DNA from: an uncultured Sphingobacteriales bacterium
GTDB lineage: Bacteria; Bacteroidota; Bacteroidia; CAILMK01; CAYYUA01
Reading direction: 5' to 3'
Length of the DNA: 64,000 nucleotides
Assembly: GCA_964595485.1 (NCBI GenBank)
Contig: CAZQQN010000008.1
Span: forward strand, 15,817 to 79,816
This document shows, in pieces, positions 19,006 through 29,415 of this stretch (its first letter is position 1; the number at the start of each line of letters is the position of its first letter). The notes beneath the pieces are model-generated. The model had not been told where the DNA came from, made no database searches, and saw only the letters and a list, made by a program, of their open reading frames with translations. The position numbers and the translations under genes were made by a program.

Positions 19006-20583
19006 ATGAAAGGCTTCATTCAATTCACAAAGCGCCTGCTCAATACCATTTACAACTATAGCGTAGACAATCCGCTAAAGGTAACCTTGATCCTATTTGG
19101 ACTATTTGCTACCGCAATTTTAAGTAACATAATCCTCTACGGGAATGGCTATCAGGGGGTTGTTTCTTCAGGATTCCTGCGCCTGGCTGAAAATATAAAA
19201 AATGGCAATGGCCTATATATTCCAGATTATTTTACGGAACAGGATTTCCGCTATTATTCCAGGAATCCAGCTGGGTATCCTGGGCTTATAGGACTTTTAT
19301 CCTGGATTACAAGCATACCCGTATTCTGGTCTTCTAAACTGCTAAACTTGATTCTTGGCGGCATCTTGATGCTTTCCTTTTACAGTCAATTCAAATCCTA
19401 TTCATGGGTTTTCGTCAGCATCCTTTTATTTGCCACCTTCCTGGAGGTATTTACTTTTTCCTGGGCTGAAACAGGCTTTATCGTTAGTATTTGGTTTTTC
19501 ATAAAATACTTATCCCAATACCGTTATCATACGAGAAATCAAAGTATTAATTTAGTAGGTGTAGGCCTAAGTATCCTTTGTGCGTTTCTCATGAGGTATG
19601 TAGGGGGCTACTTGTTCTTCGTTATTGGGGCTTTCCTTTTTTATGATCTCGTTAGATCAAGAAAAATTGATTTTCCACTCATTGCTAGTTCTTCTATTAG
19701 CGGTCTCTTGTGCCTATCCTATTGGTTCAGTAACTATGTTTTAGTCGGTAAAGTAACTGGCCGCCCGGGCATGGAAAATGTTCAAAGTTTTCAGACTGAA
19801 TTACTAAAATTGCTGGAAGCTTTGGCCAAAGAACTAAGTTTTCCGGTAACAACGAAATTTAGCTGGATAAGTATCGTATTCCTTATAATCGTTTGCCAGG
19901 TATTGTTGGTAATTTTTCTGGTAAAGATCACTCGCCAGCCTGATTTCCACCATAAAAGAGGGCCTAAAGCTACCAGTAAAAAAACACCGATTTACCATGT
20001 TGCTTTTACCGCTGGCTTGATTTACTTGATCATTATTTGCACAGCTGTTTTCAGTTTCCCTTTGGATGACTTTGGCTATAGGTACCTATCTCCTTTTGTA
20101 TTGATGATTTTAATTGGGTTTATTGATTTCATCCTCCATAATGCTAGTCAATTGGTGAAGCCAATAGGCCTTTTCTTCGTTCTAACAGGTTTTGGATCCT
20201 TCCTTATCAATGCTCCGGTTAAGCATATTTACAACTATTATTTAGAAACAGACACCTACAGAACCTATTTTCAGGAACAAAGAGAACTAAAGAATAAGTA
20301 CAGCTTCATATCAAACAAACCAACCCTAATTGTATGTGGTGACCCGAAGCTTCGGTATTTAAGACCCAATGTCAGAATAACCGTACCGGTTAATGTTGCT
20401 AAATCCCCTAAAGATGCGGTCCCCATGGATACATTTTTAAACAATATGAAAACGTTTCCTGGCGATGTTTATGTGGAAATCAAAGAATTGGAACAAAATG
20501 ATAGCCCCCATAAGTATCACCCTTCTGTCTTTGATTTCATGGATGAATACCGGGACAGTAATTTTATCCAAATCAAGCAATGA
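19006..20583 (+). CDS. Polytopic membrane protein, probable GT-C fold glycosyltransferase
   Basis: More than 10 predicted TM helices with a large C-terminal soluble domain. ATG at 19006; the ORF track extends to TTG at 18967, overlapping the epimerase. Confidence 0.5.
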   Translation: MKGFIQFTKRLLNTIYNYSVDNPLKVTLILFGLFATAILSNIILYGNGYQGVVSSGFLRLAENIKNGNGLYIPDYFTEQDFRYYSRNPAGYPGLIGLLSWITSIPVFWSSKLLNLILGGILMLSFYSQFKSYSWVFVSILLFATFLEVFTFSWAETGFIVSIWFFIKYLSQYRYHTRNQSINLVGVGLSILCAFLMRYVGGYLFFVIGAFLFYDLVRSRKIDFPLIASSSISGLLCLSYWFSNYVLVGKVTGRPGMENVQSFQTELLKLLEALAKELSFPVTTKFSWISIVFLIIVCQVLLVIFLVKITRQPDFHHKRGPKATSKKTPIYHVAFTAGLIYLIIICTAVFSFPLDDFGYRYLSPFVLMILIGFIDFILHNASQLVKPIGLFFVLTGFGSFLINAPVKHIYNYYLETDTYRTYFQEQRELKNKYSFISNKPTLIVCGDPKLRYLRPNVRITVPVNVAKSPKDAVPMDTFLNNMKTFPGDVYVEIKELEQNDSPHKYHPSVFDFMDEYRDSNFIQIKQ

Positions 20584-20720
20584 GGGTTATAGGTTTAACG
20601 TAATGTCTTCGCTAAATTTTTAAAGAGTCCCTGCTTTTTTGTTCTTATTTTTGCTTGATTACAGCACGCAAAAACTTAAAAGGGCAAAGTACCCTGCATA
20701 GGTAGTTTTACGAGCGGACA

Positions 20721-21941
20721 ATGGAATCTCCGAAATTGAACATTCTCATTTACACAAGGGATTTTGATTTGCCCACTTTCATCAAAAAACTGGGTAAACA
20801 TTTGAACCACAGGGGGCACCAGGTCACGTTTATGGGCCATAGTTCCAACCCGATACCTATTGATAACACTAATAGCCAAATCAAGTCCTATAGACTTCCT
20901 TTTTACCATGAGACAATGAAGCTTTTCAAAAGGTCTATTTCCATTGGGGTTCAGTTATTGCTCGTGCGCCCCCAAGCTATTCGGGGCATAATGAGAACTC
21001 TGAAAAATGATTACTACCAAAATTGGGGCGTTAAAGGAAGGAGGCAATGGCTAATAGACTTTATAAGACTGGGGGCCTGCAAAATCATACAGCCGGATGT
21101 TATTCACAATCAATGGTCGCCTGCACTGGCACCTTTAGCACCCCTATTTGAGCACTATCCCATTGTGCAAAGTCTGCACGGCAGATTAGAGGATGTAACC
21201 CCGTTCCATGATCAAGGCATAGCCAGTATTTACAAAAAGTTTTTTCCCAAAGTGAAGGGTTTCCAGAGCGCATCTAAGCATTTGCTTGACAATGCAAGTC
21301 TCTTCGGAGCCAGCAGGGAAAATAGCTTCATATCCTACTCAATGGTAGAAAAAGCCTATGTGAGAAGTCGACCTTCTGATGAGGGTCATGGTTCAACCCT
21401 AAAGATCATCTCTGCGGGCAAATTTGCCTGGCGGAAAGGATATATTCACGCATTGGATGCAATGGCGATTTTAAAAAAGCGCGGAATTTCCTTTCATTAC
21501 ACGATTGTAGGCTGGGGGGACCCAACAGCGATCAACTTTCATATTGCTGATCTTCAGCTCCAGAAAGAGGTTTCTTTAATAAACGACTTGCCTCATGATC
21601 AAACACTTGATCAAGTAAAGCAATCGGATTTATTCTTATTACCTAGTGTTGAAGAGGGGTTTGCTACGGTAGTATCCGAAGCAATGGCGCTACAAAAGCC
21701 AGTAATATCAACTAATTGCGGAGGCATGGGGGAATTAATCGTTAATCATCATAATGGCTGGTTAATTCCTCCCAGGAATCCGGAGGCAATAGCAGAGGCA
21801 GTTGAGCATTTCTTAAAACTTACCCCGGATGAGGTGGAAGGCATAACCCAAAATGCCAAGCAACTTGTTGAAGATCAATTGACCTGGGAGCGCCAGATTG
21901 ACAAATTTATAAGCTTATATCAAAATAGTTTAAAGCAATGA
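20721..21941 (+). CDS. Family 4 (GT-B) glycosyltransferase
   Basis: EGFATVVSEAMALQKPVISTNCGGMGELI is the classic E-x7-E GT4 motif. Confidence 0.8.
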   Translation: MESPKLNILIYTRDFDLPTFIKKLGKHLNHRGHQVTFMGHSSNPIPIDNTNSQIKSYRLPFYHETMKLFKRSISIGVQLLLVRPQAIRGIMRTLKNDYYQNWGVKGRRQWLIDFIRLGACKIIQPDVIHNQWSPALAPLAPLFEHYPIVQSLHGRLEDVTPFHDQGIASIYKKFFPKVKGFQSASKHLLDNASLFGASRENSFISYSMVEKAYVRSRPSDEGHGSTLKIISAGKFAWRKGYIHALDAMAILKKRGISFHYTIVGWGDPTAINFHIADLQLQKEVSLINDLPHDQTLDQVKQSDLFLLPSVEEGFATVVSEAMALQKPVISTNCGGMGELIVNHHNGWLIPPRNPEAIAEAVEHFLKLTPDEVEGITQNAKQLVEDQLTWERQIDKFISLYQNSLKQ

Positions 21942-23155
21942 CCACTACCCAGCCTCATAAGATAGGATTGGTTGTTGCTAAACCATTCAGTTATTCAGAA
22001 ACCTTCTACTCGTCTGATGTGAGGATTTGGCAGGAATTGGGCTATGAAGTTCATATATTTCCTATTCAGAGAAACAATGAAATAAGTCCTGCAAAAACAA
22101 GCTACCACCTACCTCCGATCCCCTTGTCTCAGAATCCCCTGAAAAGGCTCTCTCAAATTATTAGAACCGCTTTTAGGCTCCTTTTTTCCATTAGTAAGGT
22201 TTTAAGGTTCATTCGTTTTGAAAGACAGGATAACATATCATTAAGGCAATTATTGGCGCGCATTTACGCTAATCAACATTTATTAGTATGTAAAAGCCTC
22301 GATGTCATTGTTTTTGGCTACGGCAACTTAGCAGTAACCCGGGAAAATTTAGGTCATTCCCATAAAGCCCAAACCGTAGTGAGCTTCAAAGGCTTTGATA
22401 TTTCCATTTACCCCTATCAGTATCATAAAGCCGTTTTCAATAAAGTTTTTGCTTATGATTTCCTTTTTTACTTTGTATCAGAAGGGCTTCACGAAAAGGC
22501 CAAAGCGATAGGATTTCCGTACAATAAAAAGGTTAAATATATCCCTGCTTACATAGATGAGGCTACTATGCCTTCGCCAAAGGAAAGTTGGGAGAATAAT
22601 ACCCCAACGGAAATTTTGGTAGTTGGCCGGCTTCATTGGATTAAAGCCCATATATACTTAATAATGGCTCTCGGTATATTACATAAAGATGGCCATCAAA
22701 TAAAACTCACGTTCATTGGGGATGGAGCGATGTATGAGCAACTATTCTTTGCTGTGAAAGAAATGGGTCTCCATGAATGGGTGACGTTCCAAGGGACCCT
22801 ACCTAAACAAGCCACTATGGAGGCAATGAAACAAGCAGATTTACTTGTGAAACCAAGTTTATCGGAGGGAACACCAAATGTTGTACTGGAAGCGCAATAC
22901 CTGGGGTTACCGTGCATTGTCACCAATTGGCTCGGTGTTGAAGCATTAATAACCCATAAGTGGAATGGCTGGATCGTGGAAAAAAGGAACGCTGAAGCCT
23001 TAGCCAATCAAATTAAAGAAGTTTTAGGCTTATCTATCGAAGAGAAAGAGGAGATTGTGGCAAATGGTCAATCCATCATTCGGGAAAAATTTAATTCTCA
23101 AGTACAAAAATTAGCCTTCCACGACCTTTTTAAAGAAGCTATGAACCATGAGTGA
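21938..23155 (+). CDS. Family 4 (GT-B) glycosyltransferase
   Basis: EGTPNVVLEAQYLGLPCIVTNWLGVEALI GT4 motif. 4-nt overlap with the upstream GT4 (ATGA). Confidence 0.8.
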   Translation: MTTTQPHKIGLVVAKPFSYSETFYSSDVRIWQELGYEVHIFPIQRNNEISPAKTSYHLPPIPLSQNPLKRLSQIIRTAFRLLFSISKVLRFIRFERQDNISLRQLLARIYANQHLLVCKSLDVIVFGYGNLAVTRENLGHSHKAQTVVSFKGFDISIYPYQYHKAVFNKVFAYDFLFYFVSEGLHEKAKAIGFPYNKKVKYIPAYIDEATMPSPKESWENNTPTEILVVGRLHWIKAHIYLIMALGILHKDGHQIKLTFIGDGAMYEQLFFAVKEMGLHEWVTFQGTLPKQATMEAMKQADLLVKPSLSEGTPNVVLEAQYLGLPCIVTNWLGVEALITHKWNGWIVEKRNAEALANQIKEVLGLSIEEKEEIVANGQSIIREKFNSQVQKLAFHDLFKEAMNHE

Positions 23156-24686
23156 TCGGCAAGCCTATATAAGCTTAACTATCATCATAAGCATTACCTT
23201 AGCGTTTAGCTTATTGGGGATCATGTTTGGCCACCATTGGGATGAAAATCGGATCATGGATAGTGCCCGTGAGAGCTTCCAAACTGGCAATTTATTACCA
23301 GGCTGGTATGTTTATCCCTCTGTTCCCCATGACTTAGCGACTTTGGTTCAATTCACCAAGCACCTATCTTTTATCTACCCTGGCTTTGAAGAACCCTGGA
23401 AGCAGCATCTTTGCGTAAGGGGTGTGTTCATACTTTATTCGACTGCTGGTATTGTTTTCACTTTCCTGCTAACCCGAATAATCACCAAAAGTAATTTCTA
23501 TGCCCTGATCGGGGCTGCATTTCTCGCTTTTTCGTGGGAGTTTGGCTACCACATTCGCTGGATAGCGCCGGACAGCATTATGATGACCAATGTTATGGCT
23601 TGTGTTTATTTTTGCTTACGCTATTACCAAAAGCCAACAATCCGTTCTTTTATGGCGGCAGGTATATTTGGGGGTTTAGCAACAGGGTGCAAGTACCCCG
23701 CCGGTTTAGTTGCCCTACCCTTGCTCATTGCAACATATTATGGGGTTAAGGCTAAAGTGCTTGATAGAAAATACTTTTGGAAACATCTCATCCAAAGATG
23801 GTTATTGATTGGCCTAATCGCCGCTTTCACCTTTATCCTTACAACACCTGGTTTTATTTTAGACTTTTCTAAGCTATGGCAGGACTTGTACGAACACATT
23901 ACTATTTACCAAAATAGTCATGCCAATTATCAGTTTAACCCCTTATCAAATCCTCCCTTTGATCATTTTTTGGTGCTTCTAGAATACTTTTCTTTGGCGG
24001 TATTTTCTTATCAACCTGTGCTAAGCTTATTAGCGGCTTTACTGGTGTTACCGGGTATTTATGCGTTAACCAAGGTTCAAAAACCTGTGATAATCATAAC
24101 AATGGCTTTCCCGATTATTTACCTGGGGTTCTTTTGCTTTCAGCATTTAATGATTGCAAGGAATTACCAGGTTATTCTTCCTTTCCTATTCCTCCTCTCT
24201 TCATTGGGTATTCAATTCCTAATCAACATTTCAAAAAATACATATATCAAGACTTTTGTACTAAGCGTAACCTTCATTGTTATTGGCTTTAATATTTACT
24301 TTGGTTTTAAAGCCGGTCTTTCAATTTACCATTACACAGAAGAGAAAATTTATACTACCCTTAAAACCCATTTAAAGGAAAAACCTAACCAAACGTTTTA
24401 TCTGACTAAAGAATTAAAAGCTGATTATAAAGAGAAAGGGTTTGATCTGAATGCTAATGTTATAGCTGATAAGGCTTTACCCGATACAGGTGAATTCAAA
24501 GTAGTAACTTATTTACCGAGAGAACACTCGCCTCATTGGCCAAGGTATTCTCATAATTTTGTGGACAAGGTAATCGGTCAGCAAGAAGTTAACGTGAATT
24601 ATTATCCAACCTGGAATGGCTATCCTAAAATTCTAATTGTCGACAGTGAAAAATTTAAGACCTATAAGCAAAATATTCAGCAATAA
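23148..24686 (+). CDS. Polytopic membrane protein, GT-C fold (PMT/ArnT-like) glycosyltransferase candidate
   Basis: 512 aa, about 12 TM helices. WDEN acidic motif in the first extracytoplasmic loop (HHWDENRIMD), analogous to the DE motif of PMT/ArnT enzymes. Confidence 0.55.
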   Translation: MSDRQAYISLTIIISITLAFSLLGIMFGHHWDENRIMDSARESFQTGNLLPGWYVYPSVPHDLATLVQFTKHLSFIYPGFEEPWKQHLCVRGVFILYSTAGIVFTFLLTRIITKSNFYALIGAAFLAFSWEFGYHIRWIAPDSIMMTNVMACVYFCLRYYQKPTIRSFMAAGIFGGLATGCKYPAGLVALPLLIATYYGVKAKVLDRKYFWKHLIQRWLLIGLIAAFTFILTTPGFILDFSKLWQDLYEHITIYQNSHANYQFNPLSNPPFDHFLVLLEYFSLAVFSYQPVLSLLAALLVLPGIYALTKVQKPVIIITMAFPIIYLGFFCFQHLMIARNYQVILPFLFLLSSLGIQFLINISKNTYIKTFVLSVTFIVIGFNIYFGFKAGLSIYHYTEEKIYTTLKTHLKEKPNQTFYLTKELKADYKEKGFDLNANVIADKALPDTGEFKVVTYLPREHSPHWPRYSHNFVDKVIGQQEVNVNYYPTWNGYPKILIVDSEKFKTYKQNIQQ

Positions 24687-24703
24687 AACACCCTTTTTTC
24701 TCG

Positions 24704-25474
24704 ATGCGGATCTTGATTCATGGTTTACAGTCCAGCGGTGCTAGTTTTTTCACCTTTCTATTAGGGCAAACCCCTCAATCAGCTGTTATTTTAGACTTGT
24801 ACAACCAGGTTTTAATGCCGGAACTTAAGGGAATAGACGATAACATTGATTTAATAGGCAAATGTGTGATAGGTTCTGAATATCAAATTGAAGAACACAA
24901 ACGCACCTTTAAGCCTGATAAAACAATACTTTTTTTGCGGCACCCCATTCATAACTATCAATCACTCGCTAATAAGGATTATTCTAATGAAAATGGGACC
25001 ATTACTGAAAAATTCCAGGTAGCAAACCAGCTTTTATTAAACTGGACCCAATATTTTGACCTGCTTGTACACTATGAGGATATTTTCTTTAAAACGGAAT
25101 CCCTCATTCAAACCCTTAACAAGGAAGGTATCCCTTTCCATAAAAGTTATTTCAAAATGGAACGGGATTTAGAGACAGTGATAAATTTTACGAGGAACCA
25201 ATCTGAATGGTTAAATCAATATTACAACGTTAAATGGGGCCCTGGTAATTTAACACCTAAAAATACCAACCTTGTGCATAAGGTTTTTAAGCCTTATTCT
25301 CCGATAACATCCTTAAAGCTAAAAGCTATTTCTCCCCAACTATTTGCCCATTATTCCCAATACAAAGTCGGTGCTTATTGGCCCTGGTATAAGGTCTTGT
25401 TCAAAAGCTGGTACCATCACTCAAAGCTTGCACTTTACAACGTGAAAGAAAGTATTAAGAACTTATTGAATTAA
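24704..25474 (+). CDS. Divergent sulfotransferase-like protein
   Basis: N-terminus ILIHGLQSSGASFF aligns with the 5'-PSB motif of the Stf0-like gene at 28490-29266 (LIFSQGRTGSTLL). ILFLRHPIHN resembles the 3'-PB RxxRDP-like motif. Confidence 0.4.
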   Translation: MRILIHGLQSSGASFFTFLLGQTPQSAVILDLYNQVLMPELKGIDDNIDLIGKCVIGSEYQIEEHKRTFKPDKTILFLRHPIHNYQSLANKDYSNENGTITEKFQVANQLLLNWTQYFDLLVHYEDIFFKTESLIQTLNKEGIPFHKSYFKMERDLETVINFTRNQSEWLNQYYNVKWGPGNLTPKNTNLVHKVFKPYSPITSLKLKAISPQLFAHYSQYKVGAYWPWYKVLFKSWYHHSKLALYNVKESIKNLLN

Positions 25475-25483
25475 ACGAAAATC

Positions 25484-26920
25484 ATGAGCTCGGAAAATAG
25501 GTTACCTTTTTATTGCTTATTGTTTTTCCTGCTGTTAATAAGCGTATTGGCTTCAATCAATGGCAGAATGGGCAATGATGAGGGTATATGGACCTATATA
25601 GCAAGGGTCTGGGTTGACCATGGCTTACTCCCTTACAGCAATGCTGTAGATGATAAGCCAGCTGGTATTATTTTACTACATAGTATTTCCTACACTATTT
25701 TCGGGATTAATTATTGGTTTCCTCGTATGTTGGGAGCCGTATCAATTGTCCTTACCGGCTTAGTTTTATTCCGGTTGAATTCAACCCGCTATGATAAAAA
25801 AGCTGGTCTATTTGCCATGAGTATCTTCTGCTTAACAATGCCCTGGAGTATGATGAATAGTCATTTTATCGGCCAAACTGAAGTGTTCATGGTCTTATTT
25901 TCAAGCTTAGCTTTTTTCATAGTGCTTCAAAAACCCCATCTTAGCCTGAGTTTTCAATATACGCTGTTAGCCGGTATCCTAACAGGTTTGGCTATTTCCT
26001 TTAAACAAGTAGCGGGATTATCTTTAATCGCCTTATTATGGATCCTGGTTAAGCAAGAAGGTTTAACCAAACCCGGGTTAACCAAGAGTTTTATACTTTT
26101 AACAGGCGCTTTTTTAAGCTTTACCCTTATTCATTGGCCGGTCATTAACACTGAGAACTTTAATGAATACCTTACCTGCACATGGCTAAATCCTACCATT
26201 TACCCATCATTCTTTTGGCGTATTCCTAATTTTTTTGATGCTTTCATTACATCGAGAATTGCTCTTTTTTATCCTTTTCTACTTTTTGGCTGGGTTTACA
26301 AAGATAAGATCGGGGGCAGCCATAATATGAACAAACTTTCCATTTGGCTTTTCCTTGCATTTATAGGTGTTAACATTTCGGGATTTTACTATGGTCACCA
26401 ATTCTCACAATTATTACCGGCTCTAAGCCTTATTTTGGGTATTACTACTGCTTTTGCCATTAATCAATTCAGTAAACCATTCAAACCAATTTTTTTAGCC
26501 ACGGTAGCATTATTTATCCCCTACTCTTCATTGATAGGTAACGCATCGGATATTTTGAGCTCGGGCAAAAGTTTGAGATCCTCCTTCCTCAATCAACTTA
26601 ACGGTAATACCAAAGCAAAAGCGGTGGGTAAGTGGATCAGTAAGAAGAATGATTGTGATTATATATTCAACTACGGGGTTAAAAACAATGCTATTTTAAG
26701 CTATTCCGGGAAAAAATCCGCAAGCCGGTTGTTAAGTCCCCGAAGAAGTGTTGAAAAGCAAAAACAGATTCTTCGCGATTTAAACGAAAAGCAACCTCAG
26801 TATATAGTTAAGCGAACCGGAATGAGTAACCAATACGAAGTAATTGACAAATATGTAAAAAGTCATTATGCCATTGACTTCACCCATCATAAGTGGCAAA
26901 TTTTTAAAAGCATTGACTAA
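25484..26920 (+). CDS. GT-C fold (PMT/ArnT-like, PMT_2-type) membrane glycosyltransferase, paralog A
   Basis: 478 aa with more than 10 TM helices and DE motif GNDEGIWTYIARVW in loop 1. Clear paralog of the next gene. Confidence 0.6.
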   Translation: MSSENRLPFYCLLFFLLLISVLASINGRMGNDEGIWTYIARVWVDHGLLPYSNAVDDKPAGIILLHSISYTIFGINYWFPRMLGAVSIVLTGLVLFRLNSTRYDKKAGLFAMSIFCLTMPWSMMNSHFIGQTEVFMVLFSSLAFFIVLQKPHLSLSFQYTLLAGILTGLAISFKQVAGLSLIALLWILVKQEGLTKPGLTKSFILLTGAFLSFTLIHWPVINTENFNEYLTCTWLNPTIYPSFFWRIPNFFDAFITSRIALFYPFLLFGWVYKDKIGGSHNMNKLSIWLFLAFIGVNISGFYYGHQFSQLLPALSLILGITTAFAINQFSKPFKPIFLATVALFIPYSSLIGNASDILSSGKSLRSSFLNQLNGNTKAKAVGKWISKKNDCDYIFNYGVKNNAILSYSGKKSASRLLSPRRSVEKQKQILRDLNEKQPQYIVKRTGMSNQYEVIDKYVKSHYAIDFTHHKWQIFKSID

Positions 26921-26962
26921 GCCTGTTAAATGGGATAAGCAATAATTAGCAGGCACTTAATT

Positions 26963-28438
26963 ATGAACGTATTACAAGGCAAGAAGGGAAACCTCGCTAT
27001 TTATGGGATACTTTTATTTCAATTGCTTCTAAGCATTGCCTGTATCTTGAATGGAAAAATGGCTATTGATGAAGGTATTTGGAGCTACATTGGAAGAGTC
27101 TGGGCAGAACAAGGCGTAGCCCCTTATCAAGGTGCTGTAGAAAATAAGACACCCGGCATATTTATCTTACATTTCCTATCCTACCAAATTTTTGGTATTA
27201 ACTTCATCTTCCCGAGGGTTATAGGAGTGATTTCCAGCCTATTAACCAGCTATTTTATTGTCAAAATCGGAAGTAACATAAAAGATCAATTAACAGGCCT
27301 TATTGCTGCCACCTTATTTTTTTGCAGCCTTTTATGGTCACTGACCAATGGGCCTAATCAGGCGAATACGGAAATCTTTATGGTTTTTTTCAATGTAATG
27401 GCCTTTTATGTACTTGTCAAGAACCAAGATAATCCCTCTTTTTTAACTTACTTGCTCATAGGATTCACATTGGGCCTGGCAATTGGGTTTAAGCAAATAG
27501 CTATACTAACTTTTGGCGGATTAGTGATGTATTTGATTTATCGGTACCGGAACCGGCCCAGGCTCATTGTCAAATTGATTTCCGCCTCTTCTGCGGGCGT
27601 TTTGCTATCAACTTTCATACTACTTTTACCATTATTGCTCAGTGGGGTATCAATCCTTCAGTACATTGAAGGTGCGTGGTTAATCCTCTTCAATGATGGT
27701 TCCAGTTATTCCCTCTCCCTTTACAGGTTAGCGCGTTTTTTCGATACATTCTTCGACTCAAGATTAGCCATTTTTTATCCTATCCTAATGGCCGGTTTAT
27801 TTTCTTGGTCAGCAATAAAGCAAGTTGATTTTATCCCAATCATTGTTGGCTGGCTAATCATAGCATTGGCAGGCGTTAATGCATCTGGCTATTATTCCGG
27901 CCATCAATTAACCCAATTACTGCCTCCCTTAAGCATCTTTTGCGGTATTATTGTCAGCTATTTTAGCCATTGTTTAAGTATTCGTAAACTTCAAGTGGTT
28001 GGTAGTGCTGTTATTCTTGCTTTATTACCCTACAATGTCCTATTCCATAATGCAGATGCTATTATAAATTCCAAAAAGCCTACCATTAGTGCCTTAAAAG
28101 CACAAATTCAGGATAATTCCGAACATCCATCCATTGGAAAGTGGGTTAAGGAGAATACTCCAAAAAGTGAGAAAATTTACTATTACGGTAAATTCATGAA
28201 CCCTATTCTGAGCTATTCCAAAAGGGTTTCCGCAAGTAAATATTTTAACACGTTTTTCATTACCAATGAAGCTATTAAAAAGAAGGTCAACCAGGATTTA
28301 AAAAAGGAAAAGCCAGTATTCATCATTAAAGAAAAAGGTGTTGCTGAAAAAACATGCATTGAAACAATCATTCAAAAACACTATGTATCAAAGCGAAAAA
28401 CCAATTGCTGCATCGTTTTTAAGCGGATACATCAATAG
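26963..28438 (+). CDS. GT-C fold (PMT/ArnT-like) membrane glycosyltransferase, paralog B
   Basis: 491 aa. MAIDEGIWSYIGRVWAEQGVAPY versus MGNDEGIWTYIARVWVDHGLLPY. Collinear similarity continues through FGINYWFPRMLG / FGINFIFPRVIG and the C-terminal domain. Confidence 0.6.
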   Translation: MNVLQGKKGNLAIYGILLFQLLLSIACILNGKMAIDEGIWSYIGRVWAEQGVAPYQGAVENKTPGIFILHFLSYQIFGINFIFPRVIGVISSLLTSYFIVKIGSNIKDQLTGLIAATLFFCSLLWSLTNGPNQANTEIFMVFFNVMAFYVLVKNQDNPSFLTYLLIGFTLGLAIGFKQIAILTFGGLVMYLIYRYRNRPRLIVKLISASSAGVLLSTFILLLPLLLSGVSILQYIEGAWLILFNDGSSYSLSLYRLARFFDTFFDSRLAIFYPILMAGLFSWSAIKQVDFIPIIVGWLIIALAGVNASGYYSGHQLTQLLPPLSIFCGIIVSYFSHCLSIRKLQVVGSAVILALLPYNVLFHNADAIINSKKPTISALKAQIQDNSEHPSIGKWVKENTPKSEKIYYYGKFMNPILSYSKRVSASKYFNTFFITNEAIKKKVNQDLKKEKPVFIIKEKGVAEKTCIETIIQKHYVSKRKTNCCIVFKRIHQ

Positions 28439-28489
28439 CCTTAGTTGGCTTTCCCTAAAAAACTTAATTCTTCAGGAAATTTTTATCGC

Positions 28490-29266
28490 TTATTGAATCC
28501 GCAAGTTTGCCTCTCTCCCGATCTTACTAATCTCCTCAATATTATCAACAATATCCGACAAGTCATCATGAGTAGATCTGATAAAGGGGATTTGAGGTTT
28601 AAAGGCAGGATCAACGCCTAAATACCGGTAAACTTCAGCCATCGTTTTCCTTTTTTGGTGATCTTTGAGCATGTCTCTTTCGTAAATAACTTCTTTAAAA
28701 GATAGGTCTTCAAGGGCATCTTCTTCATCCCTTCTGAATTTAAATCGAGCAGCCAGGGATTGTTTAAAATCATCAGGATTGATATAAACTTTAGGTGCCT
28801 GTTCAAAATCCGCTTCGCTCCTGAAAAAATAGCCTCGTTTCTTAGCTATTTCATTGGACAAAGCATGGCGAAAAATATTGTCTCTCCTTAAGTATATAAT
28901 TTTCCAGCCTTTGTTAAGCAAAGTTTTAACAAAAGACCGTGAATTGGTGTGATTTAAAAAATCCATGATCTGGTATGGATGCACATTGAAGCCATAAACC
29001 GGCTTAGTGGTCATCAAGGCCCTTCCCTCAAAATATTGTTCAAATTGTTTTAAGCTTTTTTGCAGTAGCTCATTATCGCAATAGATTTCAGGATGCTGGT
29101 TCAATAGCTTAACCAGTAAGGTACTGCCGGTTCTTCCCTGGCTAAAAATAAGAAAGCGTCTCTTTTTACCTGCATCTAAAACATTGGCTAAAAAATAAGC
29201 CCATAATTCGGTTACTTGACCAAACTTTCTAAAATCGTAGAATTGCTTCCTTAAGGCATTTAACAT
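28490..29266 (-). CDS. Sulfotransferase (Stf0-like, PAPS-dependent)
   Basis: 5'-PSB motif FSQGRTGSTLL and 3'-PB motif YLRRDNIFRHALS. 258 aa. Confidence 0.7.
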   Translation of the reverse strand: MLNALRKQFYDFRKFGQVTELWAYFLANVLDAGKKRRFLIFSQGRTGSTLLVKLLNQHPEIYCDNELLQKSLKQFEQYFEGRALMTTKPVYGFNVHPYQIMDFLNHTNSRSFVKTLLNKGWKIIYLRRDNIFRHALSNEIAKKRGYFFRSEADFEQAPKVYINPDDFKQSLAARFKFRRDEEDALEDLSFKEVIYERDMLKDHQKRKTMAEVYRYLGVDPAFKPQIPFIRSTHDDLSDIVDNIEEISKIGREANLRIQ

Positions 29267-29415
29267 TGATCCAAGTGCTTGGGGCGGTTAATAATGTTAT
29301 AAAGGAAACGCTCTGTTCTAACCTTTTGAACAATGGCTTAAAAACATTGAATGGTTAGTAGAATTTAGAATTAACGACCAATTATAAAAATCCCAAAACT
29401 CGACACAGAATAGCA

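Noticed and set aside
20584-20720. Partial palindrome AGGGCAAAGTACCCT upstream of the first GT4 gene
   Set aside because: Only 4-bp arms. Below what I would accept as an operator without conservation data.
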